NCBI GenBank assembly: GCA_964645535.1
Contig: CAZYCQ010000029.1
Span: 1 to 41,417, forward strand
DNA: 41,417 nt
Direction of reading: 5' to 3'
From: an uncultured archaeon
GTDB taxonomy: Archaea; Asgardarchaeota; Heimdallarchaeia; Heimdallarchaeales; Kariarchaeaceae
This document shows positions 28,630 through 37,642 of the stretch, piece by piece. The notes under the pieces were generated by a model. It did no database searches. It was not told the DNA's origin and saw only the letters and a list, made by a program, of their open reading frames with translations. A program made the translations under genes and the position numbers. Positions within the stretch are counted from its first letter, which is position 1; the number at the start of each line of letters is the position of its first letter.

Positions 28630-29154
28630 ATGAGTGACAGAAAAGAACGATTACTTAGAATCAAGGCCGAGAAGAACAGAAGACGGCCGAAGTTCCTAAG
28701 ATCGGAGTGGCACCGGCTCAAGCGACTGAGGACTTCTTGGAGGCGACCCAAGGGCATCGACAACAAGATGCGCCACAAGCTCAAAGGCAAGAGAAAGATG
28801 CCGATGACCGGTTACAGGAACCCCAAGGAAGTTCGAGGACTCCACCCATCCGGTTTCGAGATTGTCAGGGTCTTCAATGTTGCAGATCTTGAGAATGTCA
28901 ATCCCGAAACCCAAGTGGCACAGATCGCAAGCACGGTGGGCACCAGGAAACGTTTGGAAATCATTGAAAAGGCCGAGGATCTGGAAATCCATATCATCAA
29001 CCCACAGATCAGACGCAAGGAACATGCACTTGAAGAGGAAGAAGATGTCTACACCGAAGAGGACTTCGCACTCCTCGAGGAAGATGAGGATGAGGACGTG
29101 GATCTTTCCGAGGCTTTGGATGAAGAAGAAGAAACGGAGGAGACTGATGAATGA
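28630..29154 (+). CDS. rpl32e: 50S ribosomal protein L32e with acidic C-terminal extension
   Basis: RPKFLR, WRRPKGIDNKMR and RGLHPSG. Confidence 0.96.
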   Translation: MSDRKERLLRIKAEKNRRRPKFLRSEWHRLKRLRTSWRRPKGIDNKMRHKLKGKRKMPMTGYRNPKEVRGLHPSGFEIVRVFNVADLENVNPETQVAQIASTVGTRKRLEIIEKAEDLEIHIINPQIRRKEHALEEEEDVYTEEDFALLEEDEDEDVDLSEALDEEEETEETDE

Positions 29155-29624
29155 GTGATGTAAGGGCACAACGGAGAATTGCCGCCGAACTCATGAAGGT
29201 TGGCGTTAACCGCGTTCTGATCAAGGAAAAATTTTTGGGACAGGTTGCATTGGCACTGACCCGTGAAGATGTTGGAAAACTCATCAGCCGCGGTGCCATC
29301 ACCAAGAGACGAATCAAGGGTACCAGCCGCAGACGATCCCGTGAACGCCATGCAAAGTACAAGAGAGGGCAGAGACGCGGTCCCGGTTCAAGAAAAGGTA
29401 CCAAAAACGCAAGGGAAAGCCAAAAACGCGTTTGGATCAACAAGATCCGTGCCCAAAGGAAGTACCTTCGCAAGCTGAGGGATGAGGGTTATCTCACTCC
29501 CCATACCTATCGAAAATTGTACCTGCAAGCAAAAGGGAACCTTTTCAGGAGTGTGCGGTATCTGCACAACTACATCGCTGAAAGGGATCTTGCAGAAAAG
29601 AAGCTCCCTCCCTTTAAGAGGTGA
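29151..29624 (+). CDS. rpl19e: 50S ribosomal protein L19e
   Basis: QRRIAAELMKVG, RRGPGSRKG and YRKLYLQAKG. Confidence 0.97.
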   Translation: MSDVRAQRRIAAELMKVGVNRVLIKEKFLGQVALALTREDVGKLISRGAITKRRIKGTSRRRSRERHAKYKRGQRRGPGSRKGTKNARESQKRVWINKIRAQRKYLRKLRDEGYLTPHTYRKLYLQAKGNLFRSVRYLHNYIAERDLAEKKLPPFKR

Positions 29625-29629
29625 ATACT

Positions 29630-30220
29630 ATGGCGACAGGTCCAAGATATAGGGTCCCACTTCGACGAAGAAGAATGGGAAAAACAAATTACTACAAAAG
29701 ACGGGAGCTCCTGAAATCCGGTAGCATCCGCCTAGTTGTCAGGAAATCTACCAAGAACATCACCGTTCAGTTTGTGGAATCCATTGCAGATGGTGACAAG
29801 ATCTTGGTGGCTACCACCAGCATGAAGCTTGCGGACTATGGCTGGAAGATCAATGGCGGAAACATCCCGGCAGCTTACCTGACCGGCTACTTGGCTGGAA
29901 AAATGGCTCTGAAAAATGGCGTCGAATATGCCATCCTTGATCTGGGTACTCAGGTTCCCCAAAGGGGTACAAGGCTTTATGCCACTCTCAAAGGTGTCAT
30001 TGACGCAGGCGTTGAGGTTCCCGCAGGTGAAGGGATTTTCCCTGAAGAAAACATCATCCGGGGTGAACACATCAAGAATTACAGTGAAAGACTCAAGAAA
30101 GAAGACAAGGATCTTTACAAACAACGGTTTGCCGGCTATCTCAAAGCAAAGCAAAATCCGGAGAAAATCGAGTCTTTCTTTGATAAAACTGTCGAGGCTA
30201 TCGACAAGGCATTTGCATAG
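29630..30220 (+). CDS. rpl18p: 50S ribosomal protein L18 (uL18)
   Basis: MATGPRYRVPLRRRR.GKTNY and NIPAAYLTG. Confidence 0.97.
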   Translation: MATGPRYRVPLRRRRMGKTNYYKRRELLKSGSIRLVVRKSTKNITVQFVESIADGDKILVATTSMKLADYGWKINGGNIPAAYLTGYLAGKMALKNGVEYAILDLGTQVPQRGTRLYATLKGVIDAGVEVPAGEGIFPEENIIRGEHIKNYSERLKKEDKDLYKQRFAGYLKAKQNPEKIESFFDKTVEAIDKAFA

Positions 30221-30230
30221 GTGATTGATT

Positions 30231-30851
30231 ATGAGTAGACCAATATTGGATGATTGGGAACCAAGAACCCGACTTGGAAAAGAAGTGATGGAAGGCAAGA
30301 TCACCAGCATCGAAGAGATCTTCAAGCAAGGAAGGGTCATCCGGGAATGGCAAATCGTTGACATGCTGTTGCCTAACATCGAAGATCACATCCTTCAAAT
30401 CAAACTGGTTCAGAAAATGAGTCGGGCTGGACGCAAAAGACAATTCCGTGCCACCGCTGTGGTGGGCAACCGCGGAGGCTATGTCGGCGTTGGCGAGGCT
30501 AAACTCAAGGAGGCAGGTCCTGCCATCAGGAAAGCCATCTTGAATGCAAAATTGAACATTGCTCCTGTTCGGAGAGGCTGCGGATCATGGGAATGCAACT
30601 GCGGTGGAAATCACAGCATTCCCTTCAAGACCCGGGGCAGTTGTGGATCCGTCCGCGTGGAATTGATCCCCGCCCCTCGTGGACTTGGATTGGCCGCTGG
30701 TGAAGTGGCAAAGGTTGTCCTTTCCCTTGCAGGGATTCATGACATCTGGTCCAGGACATCCGGACAGACTTCAACCACCAGCAACTACGCAATTGCCACA
30801 TTCGAGGCTTTGAAGAATACCTACAAGGTGTTGCCTCCAACTGAATGGTAA
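30231..30851 (+). CDS. rps5p: 30S ribosomal protein S5 (uS5)
   Basis: [18 protein letters not shown] and PAPRGLGL. Confidence 0.97.
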   Translation: MSRPILDDWEPRTRLGKEVMEGKITSIEEIFKQGRVIREWQIVDMLLPNIEDHILQIKLVQKMSRAGRKRQFRATAVVGNRGGYVGVGEAKLKEAGPAIRKAILNAKLNIAPVRRGCGSWECNCGGNHSIPFKTRGSCGSVRVELIPAPRGLGLAAGEVAKVVLSLAGIHDIWSRTSGQTSTTSNYAIATFEALKNTYKVLPPTEW

Positions 30852-30864
30852 GGTGATGTGAAAA

Positions 30865-31341
30865 ATGGCAGAACAAGAAATCTATGCAATCGTCAGGCTC
30901 AGGGGTGAACCTGATACCCATCACTCCATCAGGAAGACACTCTCACTTCTGAGGCTGCACAAGGTAAATCATGCCGTCGTTTATCCCAAAACCTCAAGCC
31001 TCGAAGGTATGCTGTTCAAGGCAAAGGACAAAATCACTTGGGGTACCGTCGATAAACCGACTCTTGTCCATCTTCTGAGAAAGAGGGGTGAATTGATCGG
31101 CAAGAGGAAATTGACTGATGAGTACATCAAAGAGAACACCGAATACGGTTCCATTGAGGAATTCGTTGACGCGGTCTTCGATGGAAAGGCCAAACTGACC
31201 GACATTCCCGATCTGAAACCCGTATTCCGGCTATCCCCGCCACGGAAAGGCTTCAAGTCCCTGAAGCATTCCTATAACGACAAGGGTGACCTTGGCTTCC
31301 GTGGGGAAAACATGAAAAACCTGATAATGAGGATGGCGTAA
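30865..31341 (+). CDS. rpl30p: 50S ribosomal protein L30 (uL30, archaeal long form)
   Basis: AIVRLRG, TLSLLRL and FRLSPPRKG. Confidence 0.96.
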   Translation: MAEQEIYAIVRLRGEPDTHHSIRKTLSLLRLHKVNHAVVYPKTSSLEGMLFKAKDKITWGTVDKPTLVHLLRKRGELIGKRKLTDEYIKENTEYGSIEEFVDAVFDGKAKLTDIPDLKPVFRLSPPRKGFKSLKHSYNDKGDLGFRGENMKNLIMRMA

Positions 31342-31343
31342 TC

Positions 31344-31811
31344 ATGACAGTCCGAAAATCACGCAAAGTAAGAAAACAAAGAGGTAGCAGATCCCACGGA
31401 TATGGTGTGGTTAAAGATCACAAGGGAAAGGGGATGTCCGGTGGTGCTGGAAAGGCTGGACTCTTCAGCCATAGATGGCTTCAGGCCATCAAGGAGGCCA
31501 AAAAGGAACGCCGTAAGAATATCACCGGAAAATACGGTTTCATTCGTCCCCAACAATATCTGAAGAAATATCCCGTCATTAATGTCTCTCATCTGAACGC
31601 TTCCGTGGACTCACTTGTCGCACAAGGCAAAGCGACCAAGGAAGGTGAAACCTACGTCGTCAATCTTGAGGAAATGGGAATCAAAAAACTCCTCGCACAA
31701 GGGGAAATCACTAAACCCATGAAAATCACTGTTGCAATGGCAACAGAAGGTGCCATTTCCAAAGTTGAAGCTGCGGGTGGCTCAGTCACCCTGCTTCAGG
31801 AAGAAGATTGA
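31344..31811 (+). CDS. rpl15p: 50S ribosomal protein L15 (uL15)
   Basis: RGSRSHGYG, GGAGKAG and KVEAAGG. Confidence 0.96.
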   Translation: MTVRKSRKVRKQRGSRSHGYGVVKDHKGKGMSGGAGKAGLFSHRWLQAIKEAKKERRKNITGKYGFIRPQQYLKKYPVINVSHLNASVDSLVAQGKATKEGETYVVNLEEMGIKKLLAQGEITKPMKITVAMATEGAISKVEAAGGSVTLLQEED

Positions 31812-32221
31812 TCCTCAATTTCCTCTTCTACTGGCTCTTCTTTTGGCAAGAAAAATTCCTCAAAATTCTCTATCTCACTTAATGCTCTTTTGTACCATGC
31901 ATCAAGTTTCTCAATCAGATTCGATTTCAACTCTCCCACATCTATGACCGAATAGACATACCAATATCCGCGTTTCCCCCCAATGCTCTCCTTCTCCCGT
32001 TTCACAAGTCCATTCTTCCTCAACGTAGTCAAGCACCTGTTGACCAAAACCCTGTCCTTTCGCTTAAGCTCATCCATCAGCTGGCTTACATCTGCCCGCT
32101 TGACTTTCAGGAGAATTTCGAAAGTCTGCATCTCCACATAATTTAGCCCGTAAACTGTCTGCAATAACGTCTTAACATCAAACTCTCCCTTGAAAAACTC
32201 CCTGACTGCCGAATAATCCAT
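31796..32221 (-). CDS. Winged-helix transcriptional regulator (TrmB-like)
   Basis: YGLN..E, VNRCL..L...GLVKRE and GYWYVY wing, followed by a C-terminal helix. Confidence 0.8.
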   Translation of the reverse strand: MDYSAVREFFKGEFDVKTLLQTVYGLNYVEMQTFEILLKVKRADVSQLMDELKRKDRVLVNRCLTTLRKNGLVKREKESIGGKRGYWYVYSVIDVGELKSNLIEKLDAWYKRALSEIENFEEFFLPKEEPVEEEIEDQSSS

Positions 32222-32253
32222 TTAATCCTTGTTACTATTTGACAATCCTTTAA

Positions 32254-32952
32254 TTAAGCTTTTTGAGAGTGTTTTCCGTATTCGATACCCAAATTAATTG
32301 AATTCAATGTCCAATCATAGTCCTTGAAAATTACTTCTGCATCGTCGGGGATCTGGCGGTCTGCATATTTGGAAATGAACTGAATGATCCCCTGCTTCCC
32401 TCCAAAATCCTTGCCGTACCATTTGAAAATCCTGCTGACATATAGGGTATTGGTTGAACCATCATAATTGACCTCACTGGAATTGATGAATTCCGTCGTC
32501 AAGAAATCCAAAAGATCATCGAGGTTTTCTTCATTAAAGGTGTCGTGAGGTAACCTCGGACAGCTGATTGAACCGCAATTGATGGCAAAATGGATTCTTG
32601 GGTCTCCAAACTTACGAATGATCTTGTTCTCTAGGGTAAGCAAGTTCATTTTTCTCCCTGCAATCCGATGCCGTTCCAAGAAGAAGAACTTGATCTTGTC
32701 CCACAAAGAAAGATTGCCTTTCCAATTCGGATTCTTTTCCAATCGTTTCACTACTGCCTTCAAGACAACTAAATTGTAGGCATTCATCCAAAAGGCGAGC
32801 TTGGCCTTGGTTGATAAATTGCTGAGATCCATCTCTTCAATTGCCTCTAACAAATCCCATAAGGTACTGTCCTGCTTGAGCTTTTCATAATCTACCAATC
32901 CGTCCGAAATATAGGGCTTCAAGACTACCTTTTCGAGAATCTCCATTGTCAT
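32254..32952 (-). CDS. DUF547 domain protein
   Basis: GLVDY, LAFWMNAYN, DPRIHFAINCGSISCP and YDWTLN. Confidence 0.92.
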   Translation of the reverse strand: MTMEILEKVVLKPYISDGLVDYEKLKQDSTLWDLLEAIEEMDLSNLSTKAKLAFWMNAYNLVVLKAVVKRLEKNPNWKGNLSLWDKIKFFFLERHRIAGRKMNLLTLENKIIRKFGDPRIHFAINCGSISCPRLPHDTFNEENLDDLLDFLTTEFINSSEVNYDGSTNTLYVSRIFKWYGKDFGGKQGIIQFISKYADRQIPDDAEVIFKDYDWTLNSINLGIEYGKHSQKA

Positions 32953-33043
32953 AGTTGGAACTCACATTATTATAAAGGTCAGTTAAGAAAAAAAGAATTG
33001 GTAAGAATGAAATCAATATAATTCAAGACAACAGTGCTCACAT

Positions 33044-34090
33044 ATGGATGAATTCGATGTCGCCATCATTGGTGCTGGTCCTGTCGGTCTTTCAGCAGCC
33101 ATTGCTGCAAAACGCCAAGGTCTTTCATATGTTGTTTTGGAAAAAGGTATCATTGCAAATTCCATCTATCATTTTCCCTCCAATATGGTTTTTTTCACAA
33201 CGGCTGAACTCCTGGAAATAGGTGGTCATCCTTTCCCATCTACTGGGCGTAAACCGACTCGGCAGATGGCTCTTGACTATTATCGACTTATTGTCAAGAA
33301 TGAGGGGCTTAATGTCTGGTTGTTGCATCGTGTTGACTCTATAGACGGAAATGAAGGTAATTTTCGCATCTCTGGTATGAACATCCGATACCATCGTGAA
33401 ACACCCTTTGAGATCCGGGCAAAATATGTCGTTATGGCAACTGGGTATTTTGACAATCCTGTTGGTTTAGGAGGAATCCCCGGTGAAGATGGCCCAAATG
33501 TCTCTCACTACTATGATGACCCTCACCCATATTACGGCTTGGATGTGGTTGTGGTTGGAGCCGGTAATTCCGGTGCCGAAGCTGCATTGGAACTTTATAG
33601 GCATGGTGCCAATGTCACCCTCATTCATCGACATCCCAAGCCCCGGGAAACAATAAAGTATTGGGTTGCTCCCGATCTGATGAACCGAATTGCTGAAGGT
33701 TCTATCAAGGCTCTTATGCCTGCTGAAGTTGTTGAAATTCATTTGGATCATGTTGTTGTCACTACTCCTGAAGGAACTCGAAAAGTTCCAGCAGACCATG
33801 TGTTTGTGTTGACTGGTTTTCGTCCGAACATCAAAATGCTGAAGGCATTGGATCTGGATCTGGATACCAATGGTGTGGCTTCTTTGACAACTGCATATGA
33901 ATCCAGCAGAGACGGGTTGTTTCTTGTTGGTTCTGTAGGTTTTGGCAAATATACCAATGCCGTTTTCATAGAGAATGGAAGAGAACACGCTTCAATCGCG
34001 ATGATGGAGATCGCGAAAAGGATTAAAGATCCACATTATGCTCCCTCCCGTATTCCCCTTGAATCAAAAATAAAATTGACAAATCTCTAA
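33044..34090 (+). CDS. ypdA: YpdA family FAD/NAD(P)H oxidoreductase (putative bacillithiol disulfide reductase)
   Basis: GAGPVG, FFTTAELLEIG, KPTR..ALDYY, IKYWV.PD and FIENGREH. Confidence 0.85.
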   Translation: MDEFDVAIIGAGPVGLSAAIAAKRQGLSYVVLEKGIIANSIYHFPSNMVFFTTAELLEIGGHPFPSTGRKPTRQMALDYYRLIVKNEGLNVWLLHRVDSIDGNEGNFRISGMNIRYHRETPFEIRAKYVVMATGYFDNPVGLGGIPGEDGPNVSHYYDDPHPYYGLDVVVVGAGNSGAEAALELYRHGANVTLIHRHPKPRETIKYWVAPDLMNRIAEGSIKALMPAEVVEIHLDHVVVTTPEGTRKVPADHVFVLTGFRPNIKMLKALDLDLDTNGVASLTTAYESSRDGLFLVGSVGFGKYTNAVFIENGREHASIAMMEIAKRIKDPHYAPSRIPLESKIKLTNL

Positions 34091-34350
34091 AAATCGAAAT
34101 TATCGATAATCTTGGTTTTGTTTTTGTTAGTCCTGTTGTTTGTGTTTGTGGCGTTATCGATAATTTTGTTATGTATCAATATTATCGATATTTCCGATAT
34201 TCTTGTTTTCTGTCATTATTATCGATGATCATCGATGATATTGTGTTTTGCCTGTTTTTGTCTCTTAATTTTCGTTATTGTCTGATTGTGTCTTTCTCTA
34301 TGTTTCATCGTTTCTGATTGTTGCCGTCAAAAATCGAAATTATCGATAAT
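34089..34350. repeat. ATCGAT palindrome array bounded by 22-bp direct repeats
   Basis: AAAAATCGAAATTATCGATAAT at 34089-34110 and 34329-34350. ATCGAT at 34102, 34156, 34184, 34221, 34231 and 34342. Confidence 0.85.
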
Positions 34351-34638
34351 AAATCGCGAAAGATCTTTTGCAAGCGTCTGTATGGGTACCTTTGATGGAT
34401 CAAGGTTGGAAGAAACAAATACCCCTCTTTTCAAAAGTCCGGAAAGAAGATTTGCTAAAGCAATCGATGTTTCTACATTCCTTCCTTCAAAGAGAATGAG
34501 TGGCGGATCTGGAAATTGGGAATAGGGTTTCATGACCATTGCTCCCATTTTCGGTTCTCCCTGATACGCGAAAATCACTATTGCGTCCCCCATCTTCATA
34601 CAAACTGCGCGAACGATGAGGTCTTCATCGATATTCAT
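34327..34638 (-). CDS. Proteasome assembly chaperone 4 (PAC4/PSMG4)-like protein
   Basis: KMGDAIVIF...PKMGAMV...ETSIALANLLSGLLKRGVFVSSNL resembles the PAC4 fold pattern. The start is uncertain and may be a TTG slightly upstream. Confidence 0.55.
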   Translation of the reverse strand: MNIDEDLIVRAVCMKMGDAIVIFAYQGEPKMGAMVMKPYSQFPDPPLILFEGRNVETSIALANLLSGLLKRGVFVSSNLDPSKVPIQTLAKDLSRFIIDNFDF

Positions 34639-34652
34639 CGTAAAATATTTGG

Positions 34653-34889
34653 TTATGGGGAAACCTTCTTCACCAGATTCCAATAAAAACCACCCTTTCC
34701 TGCTTTTCGTTTGACCATTCCCTTTCGAACAAGATTCATCGCTGTGCGAATAAGATAGGTTCCTGATTTGCACCCCTTGCAAAGATCAGGAAACTCGTCC
34801 ATTGCCTCAATCAATTCTGCCGTACTCATTTCCCTTGAAGCTCGGGCAAGAATTGTCAGAAGGCATTTTTCATTGTCGGAAATGGACAT
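34653..34889 (-). CDS. Small winged-helix protein with CxxC
   Basis: EMSTAEL, LCKGC and LVRKGMVKR...GGFYW wing. Confidence 0.65.
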   Translation of the reverse strand: MSISDNEKCLLTILARASREMSTAELIEAMDEFPDLCKGCKSGTYLIRTAMNLVRKGMVKRKAGKGGFYWNLVKKVSP

Positions 34890-35022
34890 ATCCTTCCATG
34901 GGATTCCCTGTAAAAATAGGTTTGTTTGAAATTCCCCTGTCTCAAAAATTTTCGAATCGATGCTTCGGTCTCGAAGAAGTTATAAGGTGACCACAATAAA
35001 TGGTTTTGAAAGAGGCGATTCA

Positions 35023-35244
35023 ATGGTTAAGGCATATGTCTTCATTACAACCTCAGACGAAGATCAAACGATGGAGAAGGTAAGGGCGATTCCGGGTGTC
35101 AAAGAAGCCCATATTGTTTACGGAACATATAATATTCTACTTATTGTGGAGGCAAAAACGTCTCGTGAGTTGAAAGAATTGATTACGAAGGCAATTCGTC
35201 ATATTGACGGAATCCTCAACACAATGACGACTATTGTCCTTTGA
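35023..35244 (+). CDS. Stand-alone Lrp/AsnC ligand-binding domain protein
   Basis: MVKAYVFI, IPGVKEAHIVYGTYN and IRHIDGILNTMT. Confidence 0.88.
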   Translation: MVKAYVFITTSDEDQTMEKVRAIPGVKEAHIVYGTYNILLIVEAKTSRELKELITKAIRHIDGILNTMTTIVL

Positions 35245-35950
35245 TGATTTCTGCTGCTTCGTAATCGACAATGAAACGTGTCTTTTCCTCAGGTAAGAGG
35301 ACTATTGGATGCTGGAACGGATTGATCACTCCATGTGCGTTTACAAAGGCTTCCGCTTTTGATTTACCTGTAAAAAGTACATAGTTTTCTTTTCCATTCT
35401 GCAAGGTTTTTGGTGTCATGCTGATCCTGAAAGCATTGAGTTTCTCAACTTTGAATGCCTTGACGTATTCCTCATGATCAAGTTCAAAGCTTTCTGGAAA
35501 AAGGGATGCAGTATGGGTATCTTCTCCCATTCCCAAAATTGCTAAATCATAACTTAATCGTTCCAGTCGATTGAAGATGTCCGTTAATTCATTGTTGTAC
35601 ATGGTTGCTGCAAATTCCGGGGATCTTTCTCGTGGGACTGGGATGAAATTTTCCATCTTGGTCAGAATACTTTTGATCATTCTTGCATTACTCTCTTCAT
35701 GGTCAATGGGTACCCACCTTTCATCGACCTGAATGACATAAACCTTTGACCAGTCGATTCGGTCATCTTGATTCAGCAATTCATAAAGTCTCTTCGGCGT
35801 TTGTCCTCCTGAAAGAGCCAACAGAAAATTCCCTCTTTCTTCAATTGTTTTTGTGATTTTTTGAACCATCCTGTCCTTCACGAAAGCGGATATTCTTTCC
35901 AGATCATGGAGGGCGCTGAACCAATAATTGCCAACCCGAAAATTTTTCAC
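35231..35950 (-). CDS. pgl: 6-phosphogluconolactonase
   Basis: ALSGGQTP, DERWVP...SN and LGMGEDTHTASLFP. Confidence 0.93.
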   Translation of the reverse strand: MKNFRVGNYWFSALHDLERISAFVKDRMVQKITKTIEERGNFLLALSGGQTPKRLYELLNQDDRIDWSKVYVIQVDERWVPIDHEESNARMIKSILTKMENFIPVPRERSPEFAATMYNNELTDIFNRLERLSYDLAILGMGEDTHTASLFPESFELDHEEYVKAFKVEKLNAFRISMTPKTLQNGKENYVLFTGKSKAEAFVNAHGVINPFQHPIVLLPEEKTRFIVDYEAAEIIKGQ

Positions 35951-36085
35951 TGTTCACTCAAAAACCTTGTCTATTATCAAGCTTTCTTTTCATAGGCTCT
36001 GAATTTTGAAAATTTAATGGACGTCTGAGTGACTCCCCTTTTGCTTTTTTTTATTGATCCAGTAGAAAATTTTCAATACTTCAAA

Positions 36086-37642
36086 ATGCAGAGGCAACAT
36101 GATCTAGGCTTGACCGAAGAATTAGAAACACCGGGTATTCCGGATGGAACCGTATTGGTCATTTTTGGCGCTTCTGGTGATCTTGCCCGAAGAAAACTAA
36201 TGCCTGCCCTGTACCATCTTTCTCGGGAAGGCTTGCTTCCTTCCCATTTCAAAATCATAGGGTTGGGGAGGCGCATTCCTGAGATTGATGAATTCCGTCT
36301 CAAAATGAAGCATCGTGTCATTCAATATTGTTCACACAAGATGGAGGATCGCTTCTGGAGACCGATCGAGCAGTCCCTTTTTTCAATGAAGGCCGATTAT
36401 TATGAAGATGTCACCTTTGAACGCCTGAAGGAAATGATCAAGGAAACTGAAACTGAATGGGGAAGGATCGCCAACAAACTTTTCTACTTTTCAACATCTC
36501 CGAGCCATTTCGAGTTGTTGGGTGAAAAGATCGCTCAATTCGGGCTCAATACGGAAGAAGACGGGAAGTGGAGTCGAATTGTGGTTGAGAAGCCATTTGG
36601 GTTGGATCTGAAAAGCGCAGATCGATTGAACCTGCTACTCAACAAATTCTATGATGAAAACCAAATTTTCCGTATTGACCATTTCCTTGGCAAAGAAGCT
36701 GTTCAAAACATTCTAATCTTCAGGATGTCGAACATTCTGTTTCAACCACTTTGGAACCGAGAATATATTGACCACGTCCAAATCACCATCGCGGAAACTA
36801 TCGGTGTTGAAGGTCGGGTGGAATTTTTTGAGCAGACTGGTGCCATTAGGGACATGATTCAAAGCCATGCCCTTCAGATCCTTGCTTTTCTCACAATGGA
36901 ACATCCTTCTTCCCTTGATCCCGAGGAAATCCGTGATGAGAAGGTACGGCTGTTCCGATCCATCCGGCGTGTTCGTCCCGAAGATGTGACCGAAATGACG
37001 GTCAGGGGTCAATATTCTGAAGGTGTGGTCAATTTCGAATTGGTGCCCGGTTATCTTGAGGAACCTGGTGTTCCGGAAAATTCAAAGGTTGAGACTTATG
37101 TTGCAATGAAGCTTTACATCGACAATTTCAGATGGCGCGGAGTTCCTTTTTACATCCGAACCGGGAAACGGATGGCCAGCCGCAAGACGGAAATTTTCAT
37201 CCAATTGAAACAGGTGGCGGATGAGGTCATGCCTATGGTTCTCCAAAAGCAGAAACCAATCCCCAATACCATCCGTATGGAGATCCAACCTCGGGCAGGT
37301 GTTGAGATTCAGATGGGGTGGAAGCCTCCGGGTCTGCTGACCGAAGTTGAGCCTACCTCTTTGACGATTGGGGGTAAGGCTATGCTGAAGGAACCAAAAG
37401 CATATGAACGCCTGCTTTTGGATGCCATGAGAGGAGATTCCACTCTTTTCATCCGTTACGATGAGATCCGGGAAATGTGGAAAATCGTCGACCCTATCAT
37501 CAGGGGGTGGCAGGAAGAAAACAAGAAGCTGGAAACTAAAGGGGAGAAGCTTCCACAATATCCTGCGGGGACACAAGGTCCAAAAATAGCAAAGGAATTC
37601 ATCAAAAAGGATGGTCGTGAATGGACGATTATTGAGAACTAA
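36086..37642 (+). CDS. zwf: Glucose-6-phosphate 1-dehydrogenase
   Basis: FGASGDLA, EKPFG, RIDHFLGKE, RDMIQSH and GVPFYIRTGKR. Start uncertain (36029/36086/36110). Confidence 0.96.
   Translation: MQRQHDLGLTEELETPGIPDGTVLVIFGASGDLARRKLMPALYHLSREGLLPSHFKIIGLGRRIPEIDEFRLKMKHRVIQYCSHKMEDRFWRPIEQSLFSMKADYYEDVTFERLKEMIKETETEWGRIANKLFYFSTSPSHFELLGEKIAQFGLNTEEDGKWSRIVVEKPFGLDLKSADRLNLLLNKFYDENQIFRIDHFLGKEAVQNILIFRMSNILFQPLWNREYIDHVQITIAETIGVEGRVEFFEQTGAIRDMIQSHALQILAFLTMEHPSSLDPEEIRDEKVRLFRSIRRVRPEDVTEMTVRGQYSEGVVNFELVPGYLEEPGVPENSKVETYVAMKLYIDNFRWRGVPFYIRTGKRMASRKTEIFIQLKQVADEVMPMVLQKQKPIPNTIRMEIQPRAGVEIQMGWKPPGLLTEVEPTSLTIGGKAMLKEPKAYERLLLDAMRGDSTLFIRYDEIREMWKIVDPIIRGWQEENKKLETKGEKLPQYPAGTQGPKIAKEFIKKDGREWTIIEN

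Noticed and set aside
28596-31947. Numerous overlapping alternative-frame ORFs over ribosomal genes
   Set aside because: Shadow ORFs of well-supported genes.
34089-34350. CRISPR or mini-CRISPR interpretation of the repeats
   Set aside because: Only two long repeats 240 bp apart, irregular short cores, and no cas genes.
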